Assembly: GCF_031769215.1 (NCBI RefSeq)
Contig: NW_026782756.1
Span: 186,001-250,000 of the forward strand
DNA: 64,000 nt
Direction: 5' to 3'
Source: Ylistrum balloti
Taxonomy: Eukaryota
The notes beneath the pieces were generated by a model, which saw nothing but the letters and a program-made list of their open reading frames with translations, was not told the DNA's origin and did not search any database. Positions within the stretch are counted from its first letter, which is position 1. Each line of letters starts with the position of its first letter. Positions 38,201 to 50,200 of this stretch are shown piece after piece. A program made the translations under genes and the position numbers.

Positions 38201-41200
38201 TGGCAAGTAGAAAACCTGGATCATATCATTATTTCATTATGATTAATGAAGGTTTTATTATCCAAGGTTGTAGTACAACAGATGCTTCAGTGATTAATAC
38301 TTTTCAATAAAATTTATATGGAAGCACAGTCTTGGGCTTAACAGTGTCTAAAATTGGCTGAAAACATAAGGAGGGTTGAAATGGAAGAAGGAAGGAAAAA
38401 AGCAATACAATTATTTTGTTGGTCATATTTACAAATGGTCAGTTAAGTTACCTTCCTGAGACTTTTAAAGAACATGAATATAGATTATTGTGCTCAATGA
38501 CTGGAAAGTTGAATTGTTTAGCAAACATGTGAAATTATTAGTCTTTTGTTTTATTAGATATTTAAAGGTCAAAGCATGCAATGACATTTACTTATATAGC
38601 TGATGAAACATAAGATTCACTTCTTTTTATTGGGAAGTTTTAGATTTATCAAATATTTTCGCATAATTTTTAACATTTGCTATTTACACACGAGCTTCCT
38701 ACATAAATTATTTTTTATCCAAATTTAACAAAAAACTCCCACAATTGTAATAGAATGTGTGATCTCATTCTATAGGTGTCTGTAGGATCATAGTAGGAAT
38801 TATAATGGTATGTGCGACTTCATTCTACAGCTGCCTGTAGGATCATAGTAGGAATTATAATGGTATGTATGACCTCATTCTACAGCTGCCTGTAGGATCA
38901 TAGTAGGAATTGTAATAGAATGTGTGACCTCATTCTACAGGTGTCTGTAGGATCATAGTAGGAATTATAATGGTATGTACGACCTCATTCTACAGCTGCC
39001 TGTAGGATCATAGTAGGAATTGTAATAGAATGTGTGACCTCATTCTACAGCTGCCTGTAGGATCATAGTAGGAATTGTAATAGAATGTGTGACCTCATTC
39101 TATAGGTGTCTGTAGGATCATAGTAAGAATTATAATGGTATGTGCGACTTCATTCTATAGGTGTCTGTAGGATCATAGTAGGAATTGTAATAGAATGTGT
39201 GACCTCATTCTATAGGTGTCTGTAGGATCATAGTAAGAATTATAATGGTATGTGCGACTTCATTCTATAGGTGTCTGTAGGATCAATAGGAGAGATATAC
39301 AAGATTCGCATTGGACATGACAACTCTGGAGACAACCCAGGATGGCTCTGCGATGAGGTTAGTTACAGATATTAAATGTAAGATTAAAAAAAAACCAATA
39401 GAGTTTCTAGAGATTTTTTATATTTTTGTAATGTATTTTCTTTTCAATCTACTGTTTTGAAACTTAGTAAATAAGAAATTCAAAATTACTAGTAAACTTT
39501 GTCTTTTCAAGTATAGATTTGAAAAAATTATTAAATGAGATATATAATACAAAAAGACTTTAGGTGTGAACTAAAAAAATGAACGTGAAAATATTTGGTT
39601 GTAATAAATCTTGTATATAATGATAAATCCTTGTTCAATGTTTGATATCAGGTAAAAATGATGGACACACACAGTGGTGAAGAGCTGAGATTTGAGTGTC
39701 ACAGGTGGATGGCTCGAGACGAGGATGACATGGAGATCTGTCGAGAAATGCCTGCTGTGCGTAAGAGGGAGCCCATACTACCAGGTGTGTGGACAAATCT
39801 GTACCATACTGTCAAAAGTGGAAAGCTGTATAGGGCAAAAAGAGAATCAGATCACAGTTCAGTTTTACAGTTCCATCGGGGCATTGGAAAGTCATAAGGT
39901 CAAAGGTGAATTTAAAGTAAAACCTCATACACTAGAGGTCATTTATTTCTCTTTGAACCTGTAAAAGTAAGAGAGAAAAAAGGTCAAATCTCATATAATA
40001 TAGGGTATTCACGTCATCTAGGCAGGAGGAAAGGAAATGAATAGAAATGAAAAATTGACCAATTGAGACAGACTTAAAATTTTTACAACTTATTTTGACT
40101 GATACTGATATTTCTATTTTCCTTTTGTAGTAATACGATACGAAGTGTATATACACACAGGAAGTCTGTGGAATGCTGGGACAGATGCAAATGTGTACAT
40201 GACCATATATGGTGATCGAGGAGATACAGGTGTAAGGCAGCTGTTTGCTGAAGCCAAGACCTCAGTGTTTCGACAAGGCCAGGTAAGTGATTTGTAGACT
40301 AATAGACCCTATTTTATACTCTATCATGTGAAACAAATTATATCCATTTCTTTTTTAACTGGAAAATGGTATTTCATGATAACATCATAGATTTATTAAA
40401 TGACCCTTTGTAGTAGATGTTTTCATACTTTAAAACTTGGTGTTGCGTTGCAGGAGGATAGGTTTACAGTGGAGGCAGTCAGCCTTGGACGTCTAAAAAG
40501 GGTCATTATTGGCCACGACGGAACAGGCTCTGGTCAGTATTTAGGACTATAAATACATACATAGTAAAGGAAATAACATTAACCAGTTTTCAAAAAAACT
40601 TTTCATAATCAAGCAAAATGAAATACTGTAAAACTTAAATTTGTCGGCATTAATTTTTAGATATATTAGTAAATTAGGGAAAGTGCTGAGGCTTATGATT
40701 TTTTGCAGAAGATTGGTTGAAGAAATTCCCCCCCCCCCTATTTTTGTTGTTGTTTTCATCAAAGGTGCACAATACTTTATGTGTGTGTATTGTACTAAAA
40801 TTGTATATGTTTGCTATTAGTAGTTTGTAATGTTTTTTGGTATTTCTTGTGTTTAGGAAATGGCTGGTTTTTGGAGAAAGTTGTGATCAGGGAACCAAAT
40901 AGCAAGGCCACAGATGACTACTCCTTCTACTGTGGAAAGTAAGTCACACTTTTATGTAAAATAGAAATAATTTATATTGATATATGAATTAAACTTACCT
41001 GTGTACTACTAAGTAAAAGACATCTGTATAGTCTACTATAGATGAAGGCTGTTTATAACTTATATGAAATTTATATAGTAGTATTGTAGTAGAAGATACA
41101 GGCAATACTGACTACATATGTTTATCTTATCAGATATTTGGGGTAATTTTATTTTCATTTGTTTTGCTGATGTAGAAAGTCAATACAGAAATATATTAAA

Positions 41201-44200
41201 CATAAAAATAAAGTGACATGTGAAATATGTCTTACATTGCATTTTACTGAATGATAGTAATTTGCAATTGGAGTATTTAAAAACAAATAATTACGTAAAG
41301 AGTGAAAAAATAAAACTACAGGAAAGGAACATTTATATAGCCAATCATTTACCGTTATAATGAATATTTTGTATTCTGGAGTTATCAGATAAAGAGTTGT
41401 GTATATATATCCACTGTCAAGAGAAAAAATGGGTCACTATTGTGTAACCCAATTGGAATTGTTCAGGCTGTACAGAACTATTCCATGATAAACAAATACA
41501 CTTGTACCGTATGTTGGAAATATAACATGTAAAGATCACAACACAGTTTCAGAATTTCTTGTCAAATGTTAAACAATAAACCAATGATAAAACTCGTGTC
41601 ATTTTAACCCCTTCTGAATATCATAACATTTTCAGACCCTATTTTATGCAGAAACCCTGAAAGCAAATAATATTCAGCTGGTTAGTTTTTAATAACAGGT
41701 ACAACTAACTCCCTCAAACTACTTTCCATATATCCCCAGATCAGCCTCTCATGGTGTTGTTCTCAGGTTCAGTCAATCAAAAAATTCAACTGCTTACACA
41801 AAGCAATCAAAGATTCCTTGACAGTGCACATAATTCTCAGCCAAAAATATCATTTTTTCTTCCTTTACTTTCACATCAATGAGGCATTATTATATGTTAG
41901 AAAAAAAAACTGCTCAAAACTGGAACTCTTCTTCAGAACTGATTCAGTAGTATCCTTCATCTTAATCATGGTGTAAATGTTATGTTTTAGATTAGGTGAT
42001 CTTCCTGTTTGTACATTCTGGCTTACGTAAAATGTTTACCTTTCTGTTATGTTTTAGGTGGTTAGATGAAGGAGAAGATGATGGGAAAATTGTGAGAGAG
42101 CTGAAAGTTCAGGAAGAATACATGGATGACATACTAGAAAAACGAAATGTGAGTGAGATCAGCGACAAAGCAGAAGATGATGATTTAAATGTTTGGTTTG
42201 AGTATAAAATTGATTTGTAATATCTAGAATGACTGAATTTCTGTCTAGTATCTTATGTTTGTGAGTGCATTACATACTTCCTTAGAGTATCATAATATAG
42301 TGTATTTTTGTGATGTTTAGCTGTTTAGTACGTCAGCTCTGATATCGTAAACCATTAAATGGGTACATGTGATCTGAATATGTATAGAAATGTAAGTTAT
42401 TATGGGTATCTAATACTTCCAAATGGTTTTTCCTTTGAAATTCTTTGTAATTATAAACTGGTTATATTTAAACTTGTTATGAAGATATTATCTGTCTGCT
42501 TTAGACACTGCTTCATGCTGCAAACACTCACTTGTGACATGGTCAAACTTTGTTGTACATAAGCCATTCACTGTGCTGAGAAGTGAAACTAATTTTTGGC
42601 TTTAATCACCTAACTCATGCTATTTTTTTAATCAATTGATGTGAAAAAAAGTAAAATTAAAAACGATGTTATCCTAAATACACCATGATGTATCTTATCT
42701 ATACAATGTATTACATTAAGGTAGAGTGTCTCAAATGTCTAGGTAATCTTCCTGGAAGAGAAATTCAAGGTATTTTTTTTTTCACTTCGGAATTCTTGCC
42801 AATGTCTACACAAGGAGTCAAACAGTCTGTATTGTGAAGAACACTCTGTACTATACCGATCCTTAACATCTTTGATGTTAACAAGGATTTGTTCACTTCA
42901 CTTTACTACAGCAGTGAATGAACACTTTGCCTGTCATCTACTTTGTATCAATATGACAAAAATAACACCAAGTACATGTTTTAAATAGAAAAATACCTTA
43001 CAAGCTCTGTATACAAAGCATTGGGACTCTCTACTTGATAATCTGTTTTGCACTTTGTAATTTGTAATAAGTTGTTTAATGTGCTGTGAACACTACAATA
43101 GCCCTAATATGGTATGTTTTGCACTGTAAGCCTTTAATTGAGCATTGTACTCTGGAGCAATGTCATTTGTGATTTTTTTAGCACTTATGTTATTGTTGCT
43201 CTGTTATTAATCCACTAAGTGTTTTATATTAATCCTTCTGCTACTAGATGTAAATCATCTTGTGTCATCACATACAAATTGTCATCTAAGATTTCCTTTA
43301 CTTTTCTCCATTTCTGTATCTTTCTGTATCTCATCTTTTTTCATCTTAACAAAGCTTCATTTGTGTTTGCATCATTATGTGCCTTTGGGTCGCTCAAAGG
43401 ACGAAGATTATAACAATACATGTGATTTAACCTCTATGTACACTTGTCTTTGTCAGCACATTCTCAAAACATACTGCACATGCACTTCTTATAGAACCTT
43501 AGATAAATGAAAACAGGACAGAGTTTTGAGAATATTGAAATGTATCACAGTGGCTGTGGTTCTGTAACAAGTGTCTAGAAATGTATTGGTAATTGTTAAA
43601 CTACCAACATTCACTGTATATATTAGGAGTTGTCAATTTCACAATCTCCTCATGTTCTGTTTTGTAAGATCCACTTTAAGACAACATGATATGCATATAT
43701 TTCAATGTTTGCTAAATTGCAGCTCCTACAATATTTTTGACATTATAGATAGCAGTCTGTAGTCTTGTGAGGTTGTAACATTGATGATAATTCCTATTAT
43801 ATCATCAAACCATGTTATATGACCAAAGTTTAACTTTGAACTTTTGTACTTAACTACTAACTTTTGAGGTTATGTTAAAAATTTTGAATTGTAATGTTTC
43901 ACATTTATTTTGATAGTGATTTTATGGTACTGATGCATATTTGTTTATGATTCAATTGTAGCTAGTTGATATATGTAGGATGAATATTTACTTTGTGAGC
44001 ATGAGATGTATGATAAGGGGAGGTAACCCTACTGGGTCTTTCAGGGTTGCTTGGGTTTTTGCATAAAAAATGGTTTAGTCAACATTTCAGCTGCATGTCA
44101 ATTTTTGGCTTTGGTTGGGACAGACATACATATGTTAATACAGGCCTTGAAAGGCTTCGTCAAGATGCCTTTCTTGTGTCAAGGGCAGGTAACTCTTTTT

Positions 44201-47200
44201 AACGCAAAGAGCAAGTGACGTGAGAGTTTGTATTGCAGTGGGAGTATGAGATGTGGAAGTTCCAGAAAGACAGCAAGGTCAAATTCTACAGTTTAGTCAC
44301 ACACAAAGCTGTCCGTATAAGACCCAACCTCACAGTTGATGCGCTAGCTGATGATCAAGACAATGATGGTAAGTTTTGGAGATGTTTCAATTACTTCTTA
44401 GGTGTAGCACTGATGTTTCACTGTAATTATTTCAGTCTTAAGATGGTTGTATGTAACAAAAGGTGAATTTTGTGTTCCAGCAGTGTTCAATGTGGTTGTG
44501 AAGAAAAAATCTATGGTGAGAGCATTCAGTAGTGCAACAAAACCCAAGAACTTCCTAGCCATCGACAATGGCAAGATCACCATGCAGGTAATAATTTGTG
44601 TTGTCTATGTATGTAGTTATTGCCACATGTAGCCAATTCTTGATACAGTGAGATTTTGTTGAAACTGTAATCGATATAAACCAACATCTAATTCTGCAAC
44701 AGGTAGGCTGTTATGTTACTCAAGGAAGGCGTTAAAATATTGTCATAGTGTTGGAGTAGGAGAAGTTATTTAGCTGTGTGTTTAGATTATCTTGGGTAGA
44801 TTTCTACTGTGTTGAAGTGACAATTTCTGAATAAAATACATTTCATTGACAGGGTATGGGAGGACCATATTGTGAATTTCGGGTACGTGTCCAAAATGAC
44901 TGGTCAGTGATGCTGGAGTCTATTAAGAATCCTCTACAATTTGTCACATTTGGTGAAGATGGTCAACCCGATGATGTGCGAGGCATTCTTGATAAGGACC
45001 CGACTCGAAGATTCTTTGTTTACACTAAGGTAGGTTATTCTAGTAATCTTCATTATATGAAACACCCTGGATAAACAAATCAGACGTGAAGATTTTGTTT
45101 ACCCTTATGTTAGTGATATACTACAAGGTATTTTTTTGTGTAACCAAATAAATAACTGTTATATTTTATTCCTTGCACACAGGGAATGTTTCGTCACCGT
45201 GGTGTGATCATGCTGTGTTCCTCCTTTACACAAGCCATCACAATCAACCATGACTACACCATGCAGGCTACTGGAAAACAAAACAAAATGGCACAGTTCA
45301 GGGTTCACAAGATCTCTACTGGAGGTGTTCGCATGTTTGAGAGCATGATGAGCCCTGGAAAGTTTATACGCATGAAAGATGGCAAAATTGATTCATTGGT
45401 GAGTTATAGATGTATAATCAGATAAACTGGAAATGCTGCTATGAAATAACTATTATATAGTTGTCACCTCCATGATTGTTAACCATGAAGGATGAGATAA
45501 ACGACCTTGAACTTCAAGGATGGGAGAAATTGAAGAAATAAATTGAACTCGAGAAATGAGAGAAATATGTATGATTAAAACATTAATGCTTAACTATTGG
45601 CCATTTAGACTCAGAATAATGAATAATCCAACTGCCATTATTTGTTGACCTTGACATTGTTAAGATGTCACTGGGAATCCCTATTGCTATTAATACATGA
45701 ACTTTGACATGGCAGGGTGAGCGAGATGAGTACTCTCACTTCATAGTTGAAAAGCATCGTGACCTGGGATACGTATCACTCCAGTCAGGTACACAGCGTG
45801 GCTTGTATCTCGGGATGAAGCCAGATGGTCGTATATGGCCCACAGTGGATACAGGTGTCAACAATATCTGGTTGTACCCTTCAGTCATTGAATGTAAGTC
45901 ACTGGTTCTCTGTGATTATGTTACTTCTGCCATATATCTGGTATTTGACTAAACAGGATTTATTCTTAACTTTAAAATGTTCAGAACAGCTATACCTCTT
46001 AATGTCTCTCTGTTATCATACTGGAGACTTGTTGTACATTTATGTAATTCTGTACATACACGTTGTATTGGGACTGTTTTGGTAATATCAATTATACTGT
46101 CTTTTGGATAAATTTTATCTAAAATTTGTTTAAGAATTTTAACAAAACGTTGTATAAAGAAGGACCTGTTCTTGATTCTCATTCCTACCTGACAGTTGGT
46201 GTCCCGAAGATACGAAGCACAGAACAGGTTGAGGAGAATGCCATGATGCAAGCCAGACAAACTGACAGTGCCATGACTGTTGACTACACGCCCACTCCTA
46301 CTCCCCGTGCAGACTTTGCAGGTATTGTAAAAACATTGCTACGTATTCAGATTCCTTTTAAATATAGCTTAAATCAAAATCTGATAAACTGGTATTACAT
46401 ATAAGATGCCTTAATCACTTAATTACATTTGAAGTTGTAGTTTTTTGTGTATGTATGGCTAATGGAAATTAGAGGTTACTCAGTCAGTAAATGACATTAG
46501 CCATATCTATTGATACTTTTTAGTACATGTATCAGAAGGAACCAAGCCTGCTGTCAAAGGTAGGTTGTCTGGAGACTGGTTGTGAATGTGGTGGCTGTAC
46601 AAGGAAACTTGGTTGGCTGAAAACTTTATAAACTTGAAGCTTGATACTATCTGCAAATGCAGGATGGTCCATATTCTCCAAGTTTCCCTGTACATGTCAT
46701 TCAACGTTGTTGCAAGTCATCATAACATCATTGTTTGCTATTTTTGTGAATGTGATTGTTTTATAAAGTTAATTGTACGTCATTTGAATTCATTGTCACT
46801 TTGTTTGTGACTAATTGCTTGAATTGAATCTAACATATGACATTTTTTTTTGTTTTGAAACTAATACATGTCTATGTTTGGTCTTCACAAAATTTCATAA
46901 TGTTTTAGTAACTGGGTAAATGGTGTGAAATATATCTAGTTTAGGAAACTGAAGACTCTCCATTACAAATGAGTTAAACTAACGTTTAGCCCTCCTATGC
47001 TGCATGGCCATTAGTCTTCAAATGATATAATATGAATTTACTTGAATGTCTACTCTGTCAGTTTGCCACAGAAAACTTGTTGTGACTTACATTTACTCAG
47101 CTAACTTTGGTTAGGTTTGGTGTTAACATTCATTTTTTTCTGAAACATGTATATGCAAGATTTCATTTACATATATATCTGAACCCTGTTACCTCTATAT

Positions 47201-50200
47201 TATAACCACTGCTAGACAATGGACATTTTACAGTGTAAACATGTGCTACTGGAGATCTTTAAGTATGACGATTTTTCATTTGGTCCTTGATACCTGGCAA
47301 ATTTCTAAATGTGGACCTTGGTTTCCTTGTGTTTTGTAGTGGGAGACTGGAGTATCCAGGTCAGTACCTTGGACACACTACAGGATGGAGAAGTGGCCCT
47401 GGTTGTGTACGGTGACCATGGAAACTCGGGAGCTATCCAGTTAGGGGCTCCGGGTAAGGACATTTTCCAGAAAGGCAACAAGGACGAGTTCAGGGTAAGT
47501 AGGGGGCTTCAATGTCCTATGTTTACTGTTACTGCTGTCATTGATAAAGGGAGGATATTGTTTTACTGAGTTTGGCTTGCTGAAACAGTGATTCTGAAAA
47601 GATATAAATTATCTAATGCTGCATTTATTATATCCATTGTGACATTGTTTGCATTTTCAGGCAAATCTGCAGAAAGTTGGTACAATAAAAAAAATTCGAC
47701 TTGAACTGACTCCTAAGGGACCTGATGCCTCCTGGAAGGTAGAAGATGTTGTGTTTGAGAACTTGGGTTCTGATGAAGTGCTTGAATTCCACTTTAATAA
47801 ATGGCTGTCCAACAAAAAAGAGGATCAACAGAACATGAGAGAAATGCCAGCCATCAAACCCGGCACAGACTCCTTAAGATGTAAGTGTGGTAGAAAACTT
47901 GTCAGTTTATTGTATCAGACAGGTTTTTAAGTTGCTGTATCAGACAAGTTTCTTATTGACTGTATTAGACAAGTTTCTCATTGACTGTTTCAGACAGGTT
48001 TCCCAGTGGCTGTATCAGATAGGTTTCATAGTGGCTATATCTGACAGGTTTCCTAGTGGCTGTATCAGACAGGTTTCCCAGTGGCTATATCAAACAGGTT
48101 TCCTAGTGGCTATATCTGACAGGTTTCCTAGTGGCTGTATCAGACAGGTTTCCCAGTGGCTATATCAGACAGATTTCCTAGTGGCTATATCAAACAGGTT
48201 TCCTAGTGGCTGTATCAGACAGGTTTCCCATTGGCTGTATCAGACAAGTTCCCCAGTGTCTGTATCAGAAAGGATTCCCATTGGCTGTATCTGACAAATT
48301 TCTAGTGGCTGTATCAGACAGGTTTCCAATTGATTGTATTAGACAAGTTTCTAGTGGCTGTATCAGACAGGTTTCCCTATTGGCTGTATCTGACAAGTTT
48401 CCAGGTTTCCCATTGGCTGTATCTGACAAATTTTCTAGTGGCTGTATCAGACAGGTTTCCCAGTGGCTGTATCAGACAAGTTCCCCAGTGGCTGTATCAG
48501 AAAGGTTTCCCATTGGCTGTATCTGACAAGTTTCTAGTGGCTGTATCAGACAGGTTTCCAATTGGCTGTATCAGACAGGTTTCCCATTGACTGTTTAAGA
48601 CAAGTTTCTAGTGGCTGTATCAGACAGGTTTCCCAGTGGCTGTATCTGACAAGTTTCTAGTGGCTATATCAGACAGGTTTCCCAGTGGCTGTATCAGACA
48701 GGTTTCCCAGTGACTATATCTGACATGTTTCTAGTGGCTATATCAGACAGGGTTCCCAGTGGCTATGTCAGACAGGTTTCCCATTGGCTGTTTCTGACAA
48801 ATTTTCTAGTGGCTGTATCAGACAAGTTTCCCAGTGGCTGTATCAGAAAGGTTTCTATGTGGCTTTATCAGACAAGGTTCCAAGTAGCTGTATCAGACAG
48901 GTTTCCCATAGGCTGCATTAGACAGGTTTCCTGTTAGCTGTAACAGACAAGTTTACCTACCATTGACTGTATCAGACAGGTTTCCCACCAACACTGACAG
49001 ACAGGTTTCCCAGAAACTGTATCAGACAGGTTTCCTAGTGACTGTATCAGACAGGTTTTCTAGTGGCTATATCAAACAGGTTTCCTAGTGGCTGTATCAG
49101 ACAGGTTTCCTAGTGGCTATATCAGACAGGTTTCCTAGTGTCTGTATCAAGCAGGTTTCCTAGTGGCTATATCAGACAGGTTTCCTAGTGTCTGTATCAA
49201 GCAGGTTTCCTAGTGGCTGTATCAGACAGGTTTCCCATAGGCTGCATTAGACAGGTTTCCTGTTAGCTGTAACAGACAAGTTTACCTACCATTGACTGTA
49301 TCAGACAGGTTTCCCACCAACACTGACAGACAGGTTTCCCAGAAACTGTATCAGACAGGTTTCCTAGTGACTGTATCAGACAAGTTTCCCAGTGGCTGTA
49401 TCAAACAGGTTTTCTAGTGGCTGTATCAGACAGGTTTCCTAGTGGCTATATCAAACAGGTTTCCTAGTGGCTATATCAGACAGGTTTCCTAGTGTCTGTA
49501 TCAAGCAGGTTTCCTAGTGGCTATATCAGACAGGTTTCCTAGTGTCTGTATCAAGCAGGTTTCCTAGTGGCTGTATCAGACAAGTTTTCCAGTTCCTGTT
49601 TTAAGCAAATAGTATGATTGATAGTCACCAGCTTCCATGCTTAGTATTAATCACATCTATAGTAGAAATACCTTCAATTACTGTATCTTTGTCCTACAGT
49701 ACTGTAAAATCATATATTTTCATTGGGTTCAATTTTTGCAGTATTTCGAAACATTTATTCATGGATGCTTGATTTTGTGGATAAATAGCTCAATAATTCT
49801 ACTTTTTCTAACAGATCATGGATATTTGAATTTGTGGATTAAGAGTACTATAAAATCAATCAAAATAATGAAAAAATGAAAAATACCCACAAAAATTAAT
49901 TATTGTACTGTAAATCTTTCTGCCAACTGAAGGTGAGGTGTTACTTGTTGGTCCTCATGGTGTATTGAAGGAAAATTATGGTATCTGTGTGTATGATTCT
50001 GATGTTGATTTTCTGTGTAGCCTGTGATGGCTGTGTATGATGCATAGATGAAATACATGTCCTGTTTCTGCACCAAACATTACTGTCATCAATTTTATGG
50101 TTCAGCAGACAAATTATAATAGTGATAACATTTTATGAAAGTCATACAGGTGTAATGGTGTTCTACAAAGTAAAGAGATAATATCTTGGTGTATTGCTAA

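Noticed and set aside
47887-48937. Several ORFs of 75-135 aa
   Set aside because: Translation of the 25-bp minisatellite.
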